IMG/VR virus record: IMGVR_UViG_3300030329_001316
Location: 1-56,748 of that record
Reading direction: 5' to 3' (one strand)
DNA: 56,748 bases
Source: a virus
Lineage: Duplodnaviria > Caudoviricetes
The number at the start of each line of letters is the position of its first letter. Position 1 is the first letter of the stretch. Shown here piece after piece: positions 9,397 through 19,707 of this stretch. The position numbers and the translations under genes were made by a program. A model generated the notes under the pieces. That model was not told the DNA's origin, did not search any database, and saw only the letters and a list, made by a program, of their open reading frames with translations.

Positions 9397-9755
9397 TGGC
9401 ACATAGAGGAATAATGCAATATAGTGGAGATGAAGGTAGTAATATCGCTTTAGGGCAGTTAGGATTTAAAGAACTTATTCCTAGCAGTGGAACTAGTGGT
9501 TCAGGCAATATAGGTACTAGTGGTGATAAAACTGGTGACACATTATTTGTTGCTATTAAAGTTGTAGGTCAAGCAAGTGTTGATTTTCTTTCTGACGACT
9601 TTATAACTATTACTGCAGAATCTTTACATGGTGATGATTTAACTGCTTGTAGATTGCTCCCAGGTGATATACTTTGGGGATGCTTTAATTACATAACAGT
9701 TACAGGGCAAGAAAGTAGTAATGCATTAAAATTATTGTGTTACTACGGAAGATAA
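9396..9755 (+). CDS. Structural protein, paralog of 3387..3725
   Basis: Shared motifs with 3387..3725; AAGGAG RBS. Confidence 0.45.
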   Translation: MAHRGIMQYSGDEGSNIALGQLGFKELIPSSGTSGSGNIGTSGDKTGDTLFVAIKVVGQASVDFLSDDFITITAESLHGDDLTACRLLPGDILWGCFNYITVTGQESSNALKLLCYYGR

Positions 9756-9774
9756 CAAATAAAAGGAGAATAAT

Positions 9775-10026
9775 ATGCCGTATGGTAAAGGAACATATGG
9801 GTCTAAAGTAGGAAGACCTAAAAAAAGAAAAACTAAAGCTAAAAGCGCTAAAAGAAAAATAGGTGGAGCTAAAAAAACGGCTAGTAGAGCAAGAAAAAGT
9901 AGAGTTGCAGCAAGCGCTAAAAGAGCTATAAGAGGTTCTAGAAAAGTAACGAAAAAAAACGTAACAGGCCGTTCCCCAAGTGGAGGCAGACCAATTAGTG
10001 GTGGTGGCGGTAAAAAGAAACCTTAA
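9775..10026 (+). CDS. Highly basic small protein (putative DNA-binding/condensing)
   Basis: MPYGKGTYGSKVGRP start; extremely K/R-rich with no acidic residues; AAGGAG RBS. Confidence 0.6.
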   Translation: MPYGKGTYGSKVGRPKKRKTKAKSAKRKIGGAKKTASRARKSRVAASAKRAIRGSRKVTKKNVTGRSPSGGRPISGGGGKKKP

Positions 10027-10050
10027 ACAATAAATAGAAAGGGAAGCAGT

Positions 10051-10830
10051 ATGGATAAAGGTGTTGTCAAAAGAGTTATAGTAACTCCAGATAAACATTT
10101 TCCTCTCCATGATCAACCATCAATCAACTGTCTAAAAAAGACAATTGAGATAGTAAAGCCTGATGCTTATATAGATTTAGGTGACGTAGGGGAGTGGAAC
10201 GCATTTAGTGCATGGAGGTTTAAAAGAAAAAAAGCTCCACCACTAGAGTATTTAATAGATGACTTTGATAAGGATGTTAAAGATGTCAATGATGGAATGG
10301 ATCAAATTGATGAAAGCTTGGATAAAGCAGGCTGCAAAGAAAAGCATATTACTGAGGGTAATCATGATAATTGGCTTAATTATGCAGTTGAAAAGTACCC
10401 CTATATACCTCAGTATAGATTTGCTAATGCTGTTAAGCTTAAAGATCGTGGGTACAAATATCATCAGTTTGGGAAACATCTTAAAATGGGAAAACTTTAC
10501 TTTTATCATGGTCATCAATATGGTGGTCAATACCATACTGCTAACCATATTAGGAAGTTAGGATGCAATGTAATGTATGGTCACTGGCACGATTTACAGC
10601 AAATGTCAGCGACACACATGGATGGACCAAAAAGCGCATGGAGTATAGGATGTTTAAAAGATATGGGACCGAAGTCAAATGAGTGGCTGGATAATAGAAG
10701 AATTAATTGGGCTCATGCTTTTGCTATTGTTGATTTCTATAAGGGTGGTTTATTTACGGTACACATCATCCAAATGATAAATGGTCGTACATCATTATGG
10801 GGTGAATTAATAGATGGGAATAAAAAATGA
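10051..10830 (+). CDS. Calcineurin-like metallophosphoesterase
   Basis: All five motifs present: PDKH, LGD, GNHD, HGH, GHWH. Confidence 0.9.
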   Translation: MDKGVVKRVIVTPDKHFPLHDQPSINCLKKTIEIVKPDAYIDLGDVGEWNAFSAWRFKRKKAPPLEYLIDDFDKDVKDVNDGMDQIDESLDKAGCKEKHITEGNHDNWLNYAVEKYPYIPQYRFANAVKLKDRGYKYHQFGKHLKMGKLYFYHGHQYGGQYHTANHIRKLGCNVMYGHWHDLQQMSATHMDGPKSAWSIGCLKDMGPKSNEWLDNRRINWAHAFAIVDFYKGGLFTVHIIQMINGRTSLWGELIDGNKK

Positions 10831-11834
10831 AATGGTTAAAAGACGCTGTAGTAGATACAGTAAAAGATATTAGTAAAGGTAAAGATAGCAAATTTGCAGA
10901 ATGGTGGGAACTCCCTTTGAAAGACAAATTATTGCATGCTGTACCAACTGTAGCTGATACTATTTTACCAGAATATCCTGAAGGTGGAACTCAAGAAGAA
11001 TTAAATGAGTATTATGAAAACCTGTATGGAAATGCCTCTATAGGAGGAAGTCTTATTAATTATTTGGGTAATCCTGAAGAAAAAGGCGGAACTTTAACAG
11101 GAGATGCTAGTTTGATAGCTAACTATCTTGCTGGTAATACTGAAGATATGCCTTTGTTTAGTTCTCAAGAAGAAATAGATAATTACTTATCTCTTGTACA
11201 TGCTAAACATGGTGGTGCTAAATACAAATCTGGGACAGATTATAGTAAAAAAGGTGTATGGTACGATAGCACAAATCCAGATTTTCATGCTGATGATGGT
11301 TGGCAATTTCTTAGATATGATCCCTTATTAGTGCAAGAAAATAGGGATAAAAAACAAGGAATGGCAGAACATATTCATAATAGGTTAGGTAGAGAAAGTA
11401 TAGTAAGAAGGAGATTAAATCCAGAAACTGGACAGTATGAATATCAAATAGTAGAAAATTGGGATCCTATAAAAGGTGATGATATGACTTATTCTCAGAT
11501 ATATGACTCTCTTAAAAAAATGGATATTGATTGGAACGATCCTAGAGCTCTATATAGCGCTTATAGAGACCTGTATCAACAATCAGGTTGGGCTGGACTT
11601 TATCCTAATCCAAGAGAAATTCCTGAAAACTTATTTGATGTAGCTATGCAGTATTCGCCTGATCTTTGGGCACCAGCACAACAAACAGCTATGAAATATA
11701 GAAAAGAATTTTTAGAAGGAAATGTACCTCTTCAGTTTTTACCTGATATGGAAGGATTACAATATTTAATGGAATTAGAAGAACAAGGTAAGTTAGGTTA
11801 CCCTATAACAGGAACATCTTATTTTGATAAGTAA
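10827..11834 (+). CDS. Hypothetical protein (acidic, Tyr/Trp-rich)
   Basis: 335-aa ORF coupled by ATGA overlap; no motif recognised. Confidence 0.6.
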   Translation: MKWLKDAVVDTVKDISKGKDSKFAEWWELPLKDKLLHAVPTVADTILPEYPEGGTQEELNEYYENLYGNASIGGSLINYLGNPEEKGGTLTGDASLIANYLAGNTEDMPLFSSQEEIDNYLSLVHAKHGGAKYKSGTDYSKKGVWYDSTNPDFHADDGWQFLRYDPLLVQENRDKKQGMAEHIHNRLGRESIVRRRLNPETGQYEYQIVENWDPIKGDDMTYSQIYDSLKKMDIDWNDPRALYSAYRDLYQQSGWAGLYPNPREIPENLFDVAMQYSPDLWAPAQQTAMKYRKEFLEGNVPLQFLPDMEGLQYLMELEEQGKLGYPITGTSYFDK

Positions 11835-11846
11835 GGATGGTAGATA

Positions 11847-12155
11847 ATGGATATATTAACAATATTGGAACAATTTGGAATACCCGTTGCGGTAGCGATG
11901 GCGTTCGGATTTTTTATATGGAGACAGAACAGGTTCATTCAAGAAACTCTAATGACAGAACTAGACCAAGACTTCAAGAGGTTGGAAGGTATTATTATTA
12001 AGTTAATTGATCAGCAAAAGTTAGTACAAATGGAACAAAAGAAATTAAATGGTATATTTAAAGCACAAGTTGAAATTATTGCTAGACTTTCTGGTAACGG
12101 ATTAAAGGATAAATTTCTTAGAATGATGGAAAAAGGTGGAATGGTAGATGAATAA
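11847..12155 (+). CDS. Holin-like membrane protein
   Basis: N-terminal TM 'FGIPVAVAMAFGFFIW' followed by coiled coil. Confidence 0.55.
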   Translation: MDILTILEQFGIPVAVAMAFGFFIWRQNRFIQETLMTELDQDFKRLEGIIIKLIDQQKLVQMEQKKLNGIFKAQVEIIARLSGNGLKDKFLRMMEKGGMVDE

Positions 12156-12291
12156 AACTAAACAATTTAAAATAGAAACTCCTATAGGTAGTGTTGAAAG
12201 TGATAGTGGTAATCATTTAGTTGATGTAGTTAGTGTAGTGTTCATAGTAGTAATATTTTTAATATTTAAAAAGTTATGGAATATGATATGA
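12148..12291 (+). CDS. Small membrane protein (47 aa, not in ORF track)
   Basis: MNKTKQFKIETPIGSVESDSGNHLVDVVSVVFIVVIFLIFKKLWNMI; overlaps both neighbours. Confidence 0.5.
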   Translation: MNKTKQFKIETPIGSVESDSGNHLVDVVSVVFIVVIFLIFKKLWNMI

Positions 12292-12506
12292 TAGGTTCTA
12301 AAGTTATAGTAAATATAGTAGCTAATAAACTTGTTAAACATTTCAAGTTAGATAAAATTATGTCATATGTATTTGATGATAATGAATTAGATTTGAAAGT
12401 AAAGCATTTAGAAGATAGGATTTCAATTCTTGAAAAAAATTCACATCCTCCAAGAGACTTTGTTGTATGTGAAGAATGTAAAAAAAAAATCAAAAAAGGG
12501 GATTAA
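12276..12506 (+). CDS. Hypothetical protein (start probably 12288) with coiled coil and CxxC
   Basis: ORF track; ATGA overlap at 12288; 'VCEEC'. Confidence 0.5.
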   Translation: MEYDMIGSKVIVNIVANKLVKHFKLDKIMSYVFDDNELDLKVKHLEDRISILEKNSHPPRDFVVCEECKKKIKKGD

Positions 12507-12507
12507 A

Positions 12508-12624
12508 ATGCCTAAAGTTGGTGGTAAAAAATTCTCGTATTCTAAAGCAGGTAAAAAGGCTGCTAAAGCTTACGCGAAAAGAACAGGTAAAAAAATGACT
12601 AAAAAAACAAGGAGAAAATACTAA
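12508..12624 (+). CDS. Small basic protein (38 aa)
   Basis: MPKVGGKKFSYSKAGKKAAKAYAKRTGKKMTKKTRRKY; internal ATG of track ORF 12430..12624 with upstream AAGGGG. Confidence 0.6.
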   Translation: MPKVGGKKFSYSKAGKKAAKAYAKRTGKKMTKKTRRKY

Positions 12625-12809
12625 TGTCAGGTTTTGGAAAAATAGTCGCTGGATATATATTCAACGATGAAATGAAAGATAAGATGATTAAGAAAATGAA
12701 TGAGAATGTAGATATTCCATTTATTTCAGAGAAAACAGAAGAAAAAATATTAGATGCTATTTGGGATTCTGTTGAAGAAGTAGTAAAAGAAGCTTTAATA
12801 GACGATTAA
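12624..12809 (+). CDS. Hypothetical protein ('NENVDIPFISEKTEEKI' family)
   Basis: TAATG coupled on both sides. Confidence 0.6.
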   Translation: MSGFGKIVAGYIFNDEMKDKMIKKMNENVDIPFISEKTEEKILDAIWDSVEEVVKEALIDD

Positions 12810-15800
12810 TGCCTAAAGCTGCTAAAAATATTCCTGCATTTGCAGGTGGGGAGATTTCTAAATATAACCCCAGAGATATACCTGATGAGGCCTTATCTAA
12901 AGCTCAAGATGTTATGATGGACAGAATTGGGTTGATAAGGCTCATGGGTGAAACTGACGCTGTTTTAGTAGAAAATGATGCTGATACTTTAGATGCTAAT
13001 ATAACTCCAGGGTATGGATTACATACATTCAGAAGTGATAAACATATTAGATTAAGTGGCAAAATAATTTCTACAGCTACTTATACTTATTCAGGTACAG
13101 CTTATACTAAATGTACTTGTGAACAAAATCATAAATTTGCACCTGGTCAACCTGGTTCTGGAGCAAACATATATATATTAGGAGCAAAAGGTAGTTTAAC
13201 TACAGCTAATCAAACAGCGTTATTCAAGAGACATAAAATTATACATGTTATAGATGAAACTAACTTTGTTATAGATTTAACATGGTCTAGTTTGAATGTT
13301 GATGTAACTGATGCTGAATGGATTTGGAATGATGGTTGGGGAAAAAGACCTCAGTTAAATAATGATGGTGAGTATGTTCTTTTAGTAGAAAATACTTATG
13401 ATCCTGATTTAACTGATTGGAGTTATTGTTCAACTGCTGACAATCCTAAAGCTAGTGATCCTATAGATGGTGAATTTATATATATGGCTCTTCAAAATGA
13501 TAATGCAATTAATCTATATCATTATAATTATGATGTACTATTAACTGAAGTTTTAACTTTATCAAATGAAAATTCAACTGGTTTAAATCAAAATGGTGTT
13601 AGACCTAGTATGATTTATATAAATAATGCTTTAAAAGTTTCAGAAGGTAAAATCAATGGTAACGGAAATAATAAAATACCAAAATTGTTTGGATATTTTC
13701 CTCCTCGTAAATTCTTTAAAAAAATAACTGATATACAGGATATAGCAGGTGGTGTAAAAATAGGTGTTAACAAAAAGGGTGATTGGAACGTTTATAAAGG
13801 TAGTAAAACTGATATTCCTGGAACTGGAAGTGGAGCAGCAGGTGAGGCAGGAAATGAATCTAATGACGGTTATTGTGAAACAGTTTTAGCAGCGCCTAGA
13901 GATTTGATGTTAAATGGCAATGCTGCTACACAAAGTGATTACAGTGGATTACAATTTCAAGTAAGTCAATATAATACTAGGAATGGTACTACCGCTAATC
14001 AATATGGAGGTATAAGTAGTCTTTTAGATGGCAAGCATGACGTTGCTACTGCTTTTGGTGGTACTATTCCTCCAGTTACTATTAATGCCCCAGAAATGGC
14101 TTTAAATAGTGGAGTTTCAACTAACCCTCTTACTGGCGCTAGACAAGTTTATCCAAAACATGAAAGAATGGTTCATATGATTGTTAGTGGAGATACTAAA
14201 ACTACAGGTGACTGGGATGGTACAGAAGAGCACACAAATCTAGGTTTTGGTATGAGCTGGGTATATGGTTCAAAAAATGAATATCAAGAATCTAAGATAT
14301 ACAAAAACAATCAAATTAGAATTAAAGCTGATAATACACCTCAAAATACTGGTAGCACTTATAATGAATTTACTTCTGCTATGAGTTATAGATTTGAATT
14401 TTTTATTAAACATAATCAATTTGATAGTAGTCAATGGGCAAATGCGCGTTATAATGAAACTACAGAAGATTGGGGTGATCCTAGATTAATAGGTGCTTCT
14501 ATATATATTACTAAAGACGCAGATGGTGATATTGATGATCCTTTATATTTAGGTACTCTTTATTTTGATTATAGAGAAGGATTTATAGATAGTTATGGTA
14601 ATAAATTTCCATGGACATTAACTTGGTATGAAGGTAATGCTGCATCTTATATAGGTACAAATGGTGGGTGTGGAGACACGTATAATAATACTGGTGATTA
14701 TGTTGCTAATACTGCTGCTAATTGGGATACTCCTTCAAATGTTGCAGATGATAATGACGCTATAGGGTGTTGTTTAAGAAGAGTCCCTACACTTACGTAT
14801 AAATTAAGGAACTATGGTTTAGAACCATATACTAAAGATTATGGATTTCAAGCAAGATGGAAAACATCGGTATTTGCTCAAAATAGATTATTTGTTGGTG
14901 GAGTTCAATTATTAGATGGACCTTCAGGAGAACTTGGTAGAGTCTATCCTGATAGAATGCTTATAAGTCCAGAAGTAAAATACGATTTATTTCCGCATGA
15001 TTCTTATATTGATTTGCAAACAAATGATGGTGATAGTATAGTTAAATTAGAGCATTATAAAGGGAAGTTATTACAATTTAAAAAGAATGTATTATATATT
15101 ATAGATCTAACTGGTGAGTTTTATTTTACTGAAGCAACACATATGTATATTGGAATTAAAAATCCTTGGTCTTCTGCAGTAACTCCTGGTGGAGTTGTTT
15201 GGGTTAATAATAACGGTCTATACATATATGATGGAAGTAAGATCATTAACTTAATAGAGAAGAAAATTAGTGCTTCTGAATGGGATGAATTTTGTGGAGG
15301 TCAAGATGGTTATACTTCACCTATGATAACATTTATTCCAAGACATAAACAATTATTAATTTGCAGAAGCCCTTATGCTGGAACTGATACAGGTCAATCT
15401 GGCGATGTATATATTTATGATGTAGAAACAGAATCATTTACTTTCGGTAAGTCTAGAGTTCCAAATGTAGTAAAAAGTAATTTTTCAATCAATTTTAATG
15501 ATAAAAGTTTATTAGGAGTTGGAAGTTTAAGCTCTTCAGAACAACCATTAGTAGTTACTACGACTCCAGGAGCTTATGCTAGTCGCGCTCAAGGTGCTTT
15601 TCATTTTACTGGAGGAACTGGTACTGCAGTTATGCAATATTATAAAGGTGGGAACTCAGAAGGTACTGGTGGTACTTGGACTACTTTTACAGGTACTATA
15701 AGAATAACAAGTGGATGGAATGCTACTGATCATGCTGCTCAAAATTTAGCTGATCAAATTTTAAGATCAGCCCAAGCAGATTGGGGTAGCGGTACAAACA

Positions 15801-16891
15801 CAGGTTGGATTGGAGATTTAAAAATAATAGGTGCACATGGATGGGCAGCAGAAGAAGATGAGGGATTAATAATTATAGAAGTTGAAGCTTTAGAAACTGG
15901 TGCAGCATATAATAGTGGTGCTGGTGATAGGGATGGTACGGGGCACAATTCATTTAGATTATTTACTGATGATGCTACTAGCAATGAGTGGTCTACTACA
16001 ACAAATAATGATGCACCTGAACCAGATGTAGGTACAACTAACGGTGTGACAGGATGGTTGACTGATGAGCATATGAGGTATGGTACTTCAGGTACTGTTC
16101 AAGTTGATACTGTAACTATAGATAGGCGGAGTTCTACCGCATCAAATGTTAGATATGATATAAATTTAAAAATATATAATGCAGGTGGAGGTGGTATATT
16201 ACATGAATATAATACTGTTTATTTTACCGATAGCGAAGATAATTCAGATCAAAATTTAGCTGTTTCTATAGCTAATATTCTAGGTGGTGCTCAAAATCTT
16301 TCACAAGATACTGGTGATGATTCAAGTAGAGCAGCTTTAACTTATATTGATGTTAACAATCCTAGTAGCGGATCTTTTACAATAACTTCAAAAGATGCTC
16401 AGCATAAATTTCAATTTTCTCTTACTACTGATTCAGCTATATCTTTAAAACAATTTAAATCTGATTCTAAAGCTAGTCGTAATATGCAGATAGTAACAAA
16501 GGAGTATGATTTTGAAGAGCCTAATGTTAGAAAGAAAATATACAAATTATATTTAACTTATAAATCTAACGACACATCTGCAAATAGTGCTAGTTTATCT
16601 GGTGTTAGAGTATATTATGCTATAAATGGAAGTAGTACTTATCATCCTATGAAAACAAAAGGTAGCTCTGATTCTGCTGGTACAGCAACTAACTTACCTT
16701 CATCAACATCATTTACTCAAGCAGAATTAATACCTAATCCTAATTTAAGCGCTAATAAACCTAATAAAGTTTATTCTATAAAATTTATGATATGTAGTAA
16801 AGAGGCTGCAGCTTCTACAACTAGAAGTAAAGTAGAAGACTTTGAGTTAAACGATATGTCTATAATATATAGAGTAAAATCGGTAAAATAA
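12809..16891 (+). CDS. Tail nozzle/stabilization protein (P22 gp10/T7 gp12-like) with large insertions
   Basis: N-terminal 'FAGGEISKYNPRDI', beta-propeller-like middle ('GDSIVKL', 'GVVWVNNNGLYIYDG'), C-terminal 'TKEYDFEEPNVRKKIYKLYLTY'. Confidence 0.7.
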   Translation: MPKAAKNIPAFAGGEISKYNPRDIPDEALSKAQDVMMDRIGLIRLMGETDAVLVENDADTLDANITPGYGLHTFRSDKHIRLSGKIISTATYTYSGTAYTKCTCEQNHKFAPGQPGSGANIYILGAKGSLTTANQTALFKRHKIIHVIDETNFVIDLTWSSLNVDVTDAEWIWNDGWGKRPQLNNDGEYVLLVENTYDPDLTDWSYCSTADNPKASDPIDGEFIYMALQNDNAINLYHYNYDVLLTEVLTLSNENSTGLNQNGVRPSMIYINNALKVSEGKINGNGNNKIPKLFGYFPPRKFFKKITDIQDIAGGVKIGVNKKGDWNVYKGSKTDIPGTGSGAAGEAGNESNDGYCETVLAAPRDLMLNGNAATQSDYSGLQFQVSQYNTRNGTTANQYGGISSLLDGKHDVATAFGGTIPPVTINAPEMALNSGVSTNPLTGARQVYPKHERMVHMIVSGDTKTTGDWDGTEEHTNLGFGMSWVYGSKNEYQESKIYKNNQIRIKADNTPQNTGSTYNEFTSAMSYRFEFFIKHNQFDSSQWANARYNETTEDWGDPRLIGASIYITKDADGDIDDPLYLGTLYFDYREGFIDSYGNKFPWTLTWYEGNAASYIGTNGGCGDTYNNTGDYVANTAANWDTPSNVADDNDAIGCCLRRVPTLTYKLRNYGLEPYTKDYGFQARWKTSVFAQNRLFVGGVQLLDGPSGELGRVYPDRMLISPEVKYDLFPHDSYIDLQTNDGDSIVKLEHYKGKLLQFKKNVLYIIDLTGEFYFTEATHMYIGIKNPWSSAVTPGGVVWVNNNGLYIYDGSKIINLIEKKISASEWDEFCGGQDGYTSPMITFIPRHKQLLICRSPYAGTDTGQSGDVYIYDVETESFTFGKSRVPNVVKSNFSINFNDKSLLGVGSLSSSEQPLVVTTTPGAYASRAQGAFHFTGGTGTAVMQYYKGGNSEGTGGTWTTFTGTIRITSGWNATDHAAQNLADQILRSAQADWGSGTNTGWIGDLKIIGAHGWAAEEDEGLIIIEVEALETGAAYNSGAGDRDGTGHNSFRLFTDDATSNEWSTTTNNDAPEPDVGTTNGVTGWLTDEHMRYGTSGTVQVDTVTIDRRSSTASNVRYDINLKIYNAGGGGILHEYNTVYFTDSEDNSDQNLAVSIANILGGAQNLSQDTGDDSSRAALTYIDVNNPSSGSFTITSKDAQHKFQFSLTTDSAISLKQFKSDSKASRNMQIVTKEYDFEEPNVRKKIYKLYLTYKSNDTSANSASLSGVRVYYAINGSSTYHPMKTKGSSDSAGTATNLPSSTSFTQAELIPNPNLSANKPNKVYSIKFMICSKEAAASTTRSKVEDFELNDMSIIYRVKSVK

Positions 16892-18750
16892 TGTCTGATT
16901 TATTAGCACAAATACATAGATTAAGAAATGAAAAAGCCAAAAAACCATCTTTTAAAGTAGGTTATCCAAGTTCTGCTGAAGGAGATAATGGTGATATTGT
17001 ATTTAGATCTACTGAAAAAGGACTTGGATTATATGGTAAAGTTAATAATGAATGGTTTAAGTTTGGTGATGGTTTAAGAATAGGTAGATTTGGAGCTGGA
17101 AGAAAGTATACTAATTCAGGGAAATGGGGCAAAGATTTAGAAGGCGATACCTTAACTATAGGTAATAAAAAAACAACCTTAACACCTGCTAGTTTAAAAA
17201 CTGCATTGTCATTAGATAATGTTACTAATGAATCTAAAGAAACTCAGTTTACTAGTCCTACATTTACTGGAGAACCAATTACATCTTATATAAAACATTC
17301 TGGGTCACAACTTCCAATTGCAGCTGAAGATGCAAGCGATGATTGTGTTATTGCTGCAACAACAACAGGCAGTGAATCTCATATCTCATATAGTTTTTGG
17401 TATGGTGGTGCAAGCAGATGGTCGATTGATCATGATATTGATGATCTCACTAAATTAAGCTTTTATGGTCCATATACTAGTAGTACTGGTAATTATAATA
17501 CCCAACCTGTAGCTTTGCAATTGCATGCTGATGGGACTTTAGATACTGCTGTAACTAATACTTATGGGCCTGAAATGATATCGTCTGTAAATAATAGGGA
17601 ATTTACAGGTACTAATGGAGACTGGGCTGTTCATGACCCTACTACTGCTGGTGGCGTAGCTATAGCAACTGCTTCTGGTAATGATTTAACTGTAACTATA
17701 GGTAATACTTCTACAGCAATTCAAGGAGTAAAATTAACAACATCATATTTTGATACCTTAACAGCAGGTAAAACTTATATTGTAACTGTTCATATGCAAG
17801 CAGCTTCTGGTTCTGGTGGACATGAAAATTATTACATTGGATTAGGTGGAGCAGTAAGTTCTGCTTTTAGTATTAGCGCTACAGCAAATCAAAAATATAA
17901 AAAAGAAATAACTGTAAGTTCTAATGCAGATTTACTTATATATAATACAAATGCTAGTGCTACTGGATTTAATATTGATAATGTTTCTATTAAAGAAAAA
18001 AATGTCCCTGTATTAAGTAGCAGAAATGAGGCTACAATAACAGGAGGAGAAGCTAAGGCTGCTAGTTTGAATTTAATTTCAGATGAAGGGGATGACAATG
18101 GTGATACTTGGAAAACTAATGCTACAGTTTTAAATACATATCAAATACAGAATAATGTTTCAGGTTCGCAAGTAACTCAATTTCAGATTTCACCTAATGC
18201 TACAGTAGCTAATGGTAATACAATTATTTATACACAGTTAAAATTAAATACAGAACCAGCTGCTGGCAGTGAAACTGGTAAGATTGTTGTACTTGATAGT
18301 GGAGTTTTTAAATATAGAACACCAGCACAAATATTAACAGAAACAGGCGCTAATTATCACTTTATGACTCATAATTGTGACTATGCTGGAACTGCTTCTG
18401 CTTTTTTACCTTTTGGAGGAAGCCAAACAGAATTAGGAACAGGGTTTGCTGGAGCAGGTCCTATAGATGATGTTCAGTTTGTCGCACCTGTTGCTGGAAA
18501 ATTAATTAAACTAATGTTTCAATCAGCATCAGCTGCAGGTTCTACAACTGCACAAATAAATGTGAATGGTAGTGACCAAGCTAATATGACTAGTGGTGTT
18601 ATTTGTAGTGCAACTACAACAGAAACTTTAACCTTAAATACTAGTGGAAATTCATTTTCTGGTGGTGATCTTGTAAAGATAAAATTAAATCCTACTAATG
18701 CCCCTGATGAGATGGCAATAACTAGTGTATGGATATTTGATAAAGTTTAA
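16891..18750 (+). CDS. Tail fibre/needle-like protein with CBM-like domain
   Basis: Mosaic beta-rich protein; 'LSLDNVTNESK' fibre motif; one domain similar to part of 4495..7581. Confidence 0.6.
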   Translation: MSDLLAQIHRLRNEKAKKPSFKVGYPSSAEGDNGDIVFRSTEKGLGLYGKVNNEWFKFGDGLRIGRFGAGRKYTNSGKWGKDLEGDTLTIGNKKTTLTPASLKTALSLDNVTNESKETQFTSPTFTGEPITSYIKHSGSQLPIAAEDASDDCVIAATTTGSESHISYSFWYGGASRWSIDHDIDDLTKLSFYGPYTSSTGNYNTQPVALQLHADGTLDTAVTNTYGPEMISSVNNREFTGTNGDWAVHDPTTAGGVAIATASGNDLTVTIGNTSTAIQGVKLTTSYFDTLTAGKTYIVTVHMQAASGSGGHENYYIGLGGAVSSAFSISATANQKYKKEITVSSNADLLIYNTNASATGFNIDNVSIKEKNVPVLSSRNEATITGGEAKAASLNLISDEGDDNGDTWKTNATVLNTYQIQNNVSGSQVTQFQISPNATVANGNTIIYTQLKLNTEPAAGSETGKIVVLDSGVFKYRTPAQILTETGANYHFMTHNCDYAGTASAFLPFGGSQTELGTGFAGAGPIDDVQFVAPVAGKLIKLMFQSASAAGSTTAQINVNGSDQANMTSGVICSATTTETLTLNTSGNSFSGGDLVKIKLNPTNAPDEMAITSVWIFDKV

Positions 18751-18761
18751 TAAAAAAAAGG

Positions 18762-18790
18762 TTGTTTATTAAAAAGCCATTTAATAAATT
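18762..18790 (+). promoter_or_regulatory. Sigma70-like promoter TTGTTT-N17-TAAATT for the ejection-protein operon
   Basis: Near-identical element at 46953-46981; intergenic, upstream of AGGAGG. Confidence 0.6.
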
Positions 18791-18813
18791 AACTTGAATA
18801 ATAGGAGGTAAAT

Positions 18814-19707
18814 ATGGCTACTTTAGGATCAGCCCTTCTCGCAAGAGATGTTAGCGTAGAACAAGCGAGGGAGCAACAATGGTTAAACGATTATTATAAT
18901 AAAATATCTGGCGCAAGTAAGTGGGGTGGATTGTTAGGTCTGGGTGGTCAATTACTTGGTAGTGCTCTAGGAGGTCCTTTAGGTGGTTTCCTTATGGGAA
19001 ATTTACTTAAATATGGTGATATGTATAGAAAAGGTGGCTTCGATAAGATTGGTAAACATTCTGGTGGAAAATTTTATAAACAACAAATGCAAGATACTTT
19101 AACTGATATTAATAAACAACAACAATTATTTAATTCATCTATGCTTATGGATCTAGGTAGTAACGCTCTTGGAGCTTTTGGTGCCGCTGGTGGAGTTCAA
19201 GCTTGGAAAGATGAAGGATGGGGAACATTAATGACTAGAGGTTCAGGACCAGGAGCTAAATCTGGATGGCTTGGTACAACCGAGAGAGCAGGCGGTAGCG
19301 GTATAGGTTTAGGAGGATGGAAAGGTATGAGAGTAGATCCTACTAAATATATAGATCCTTCTACAGGTGAAGTTTTTGATAAAAGTGCACAATTAACAGC
19401 GGGCGAGGTAAGCATGAGAAATCCTTATAAAATGAACCCTACTAAAGAGATTTGGTCAAATGAAAAAGGTGCAAGTATTAATTTACCTGGTTTAGAACCT
19501 CAAGAAGTTCCGTTTGAACCAGGTACAACTACACCTATATCGGGTGAGGCTTTCCAAAATTGGCAAAAACCTGCATTTTGGCAGTATCAATTAGGTATGA
19601 CACCTAAAACATCTCCATATGCATTAAATCCAAATTATACTGCACCGCAAAGTGGCCCTTATAGTCCTTGGATATTCGGTATTAATAATCCAGGCACTCA
19701 AAGCTAA
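18814..19707 (+). CDS. Gly-rich ejection/pilot (DNA transfer) protein
   Basis: 'GGLLGLGGQLLGSALGGPLGGFLMG' hydrophobic glycine-zipper; first gene of the internal-protein block. Confidence 0.55.
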   Translation: MATLGSALLARDVSVEQAREQQWLNDYYNKISGASKWGGLLGLGGQLLGSALGGPLGGFLMGNLLKYGDMYRKGGFDKIGKHSGGKFYKQQMQDTLTDINKQQQLFNSSMLMDLGSNALGAFGAAGGVQAWKDEGWGTLMTRGSGPGAKSGWLGTTERAGGSGIGLGGWKGMRVDPTKYIDPSTGEVFDKSAQLTAGEVSMRNPYKMNPTKEIWSNEKGASINLPGLEPQEVPFEPGTTTPISGEAFQNWQKPAFWQYQLGMTPKTSPYALNPNYTAPQSGPYSPWIFGINNPGTQS

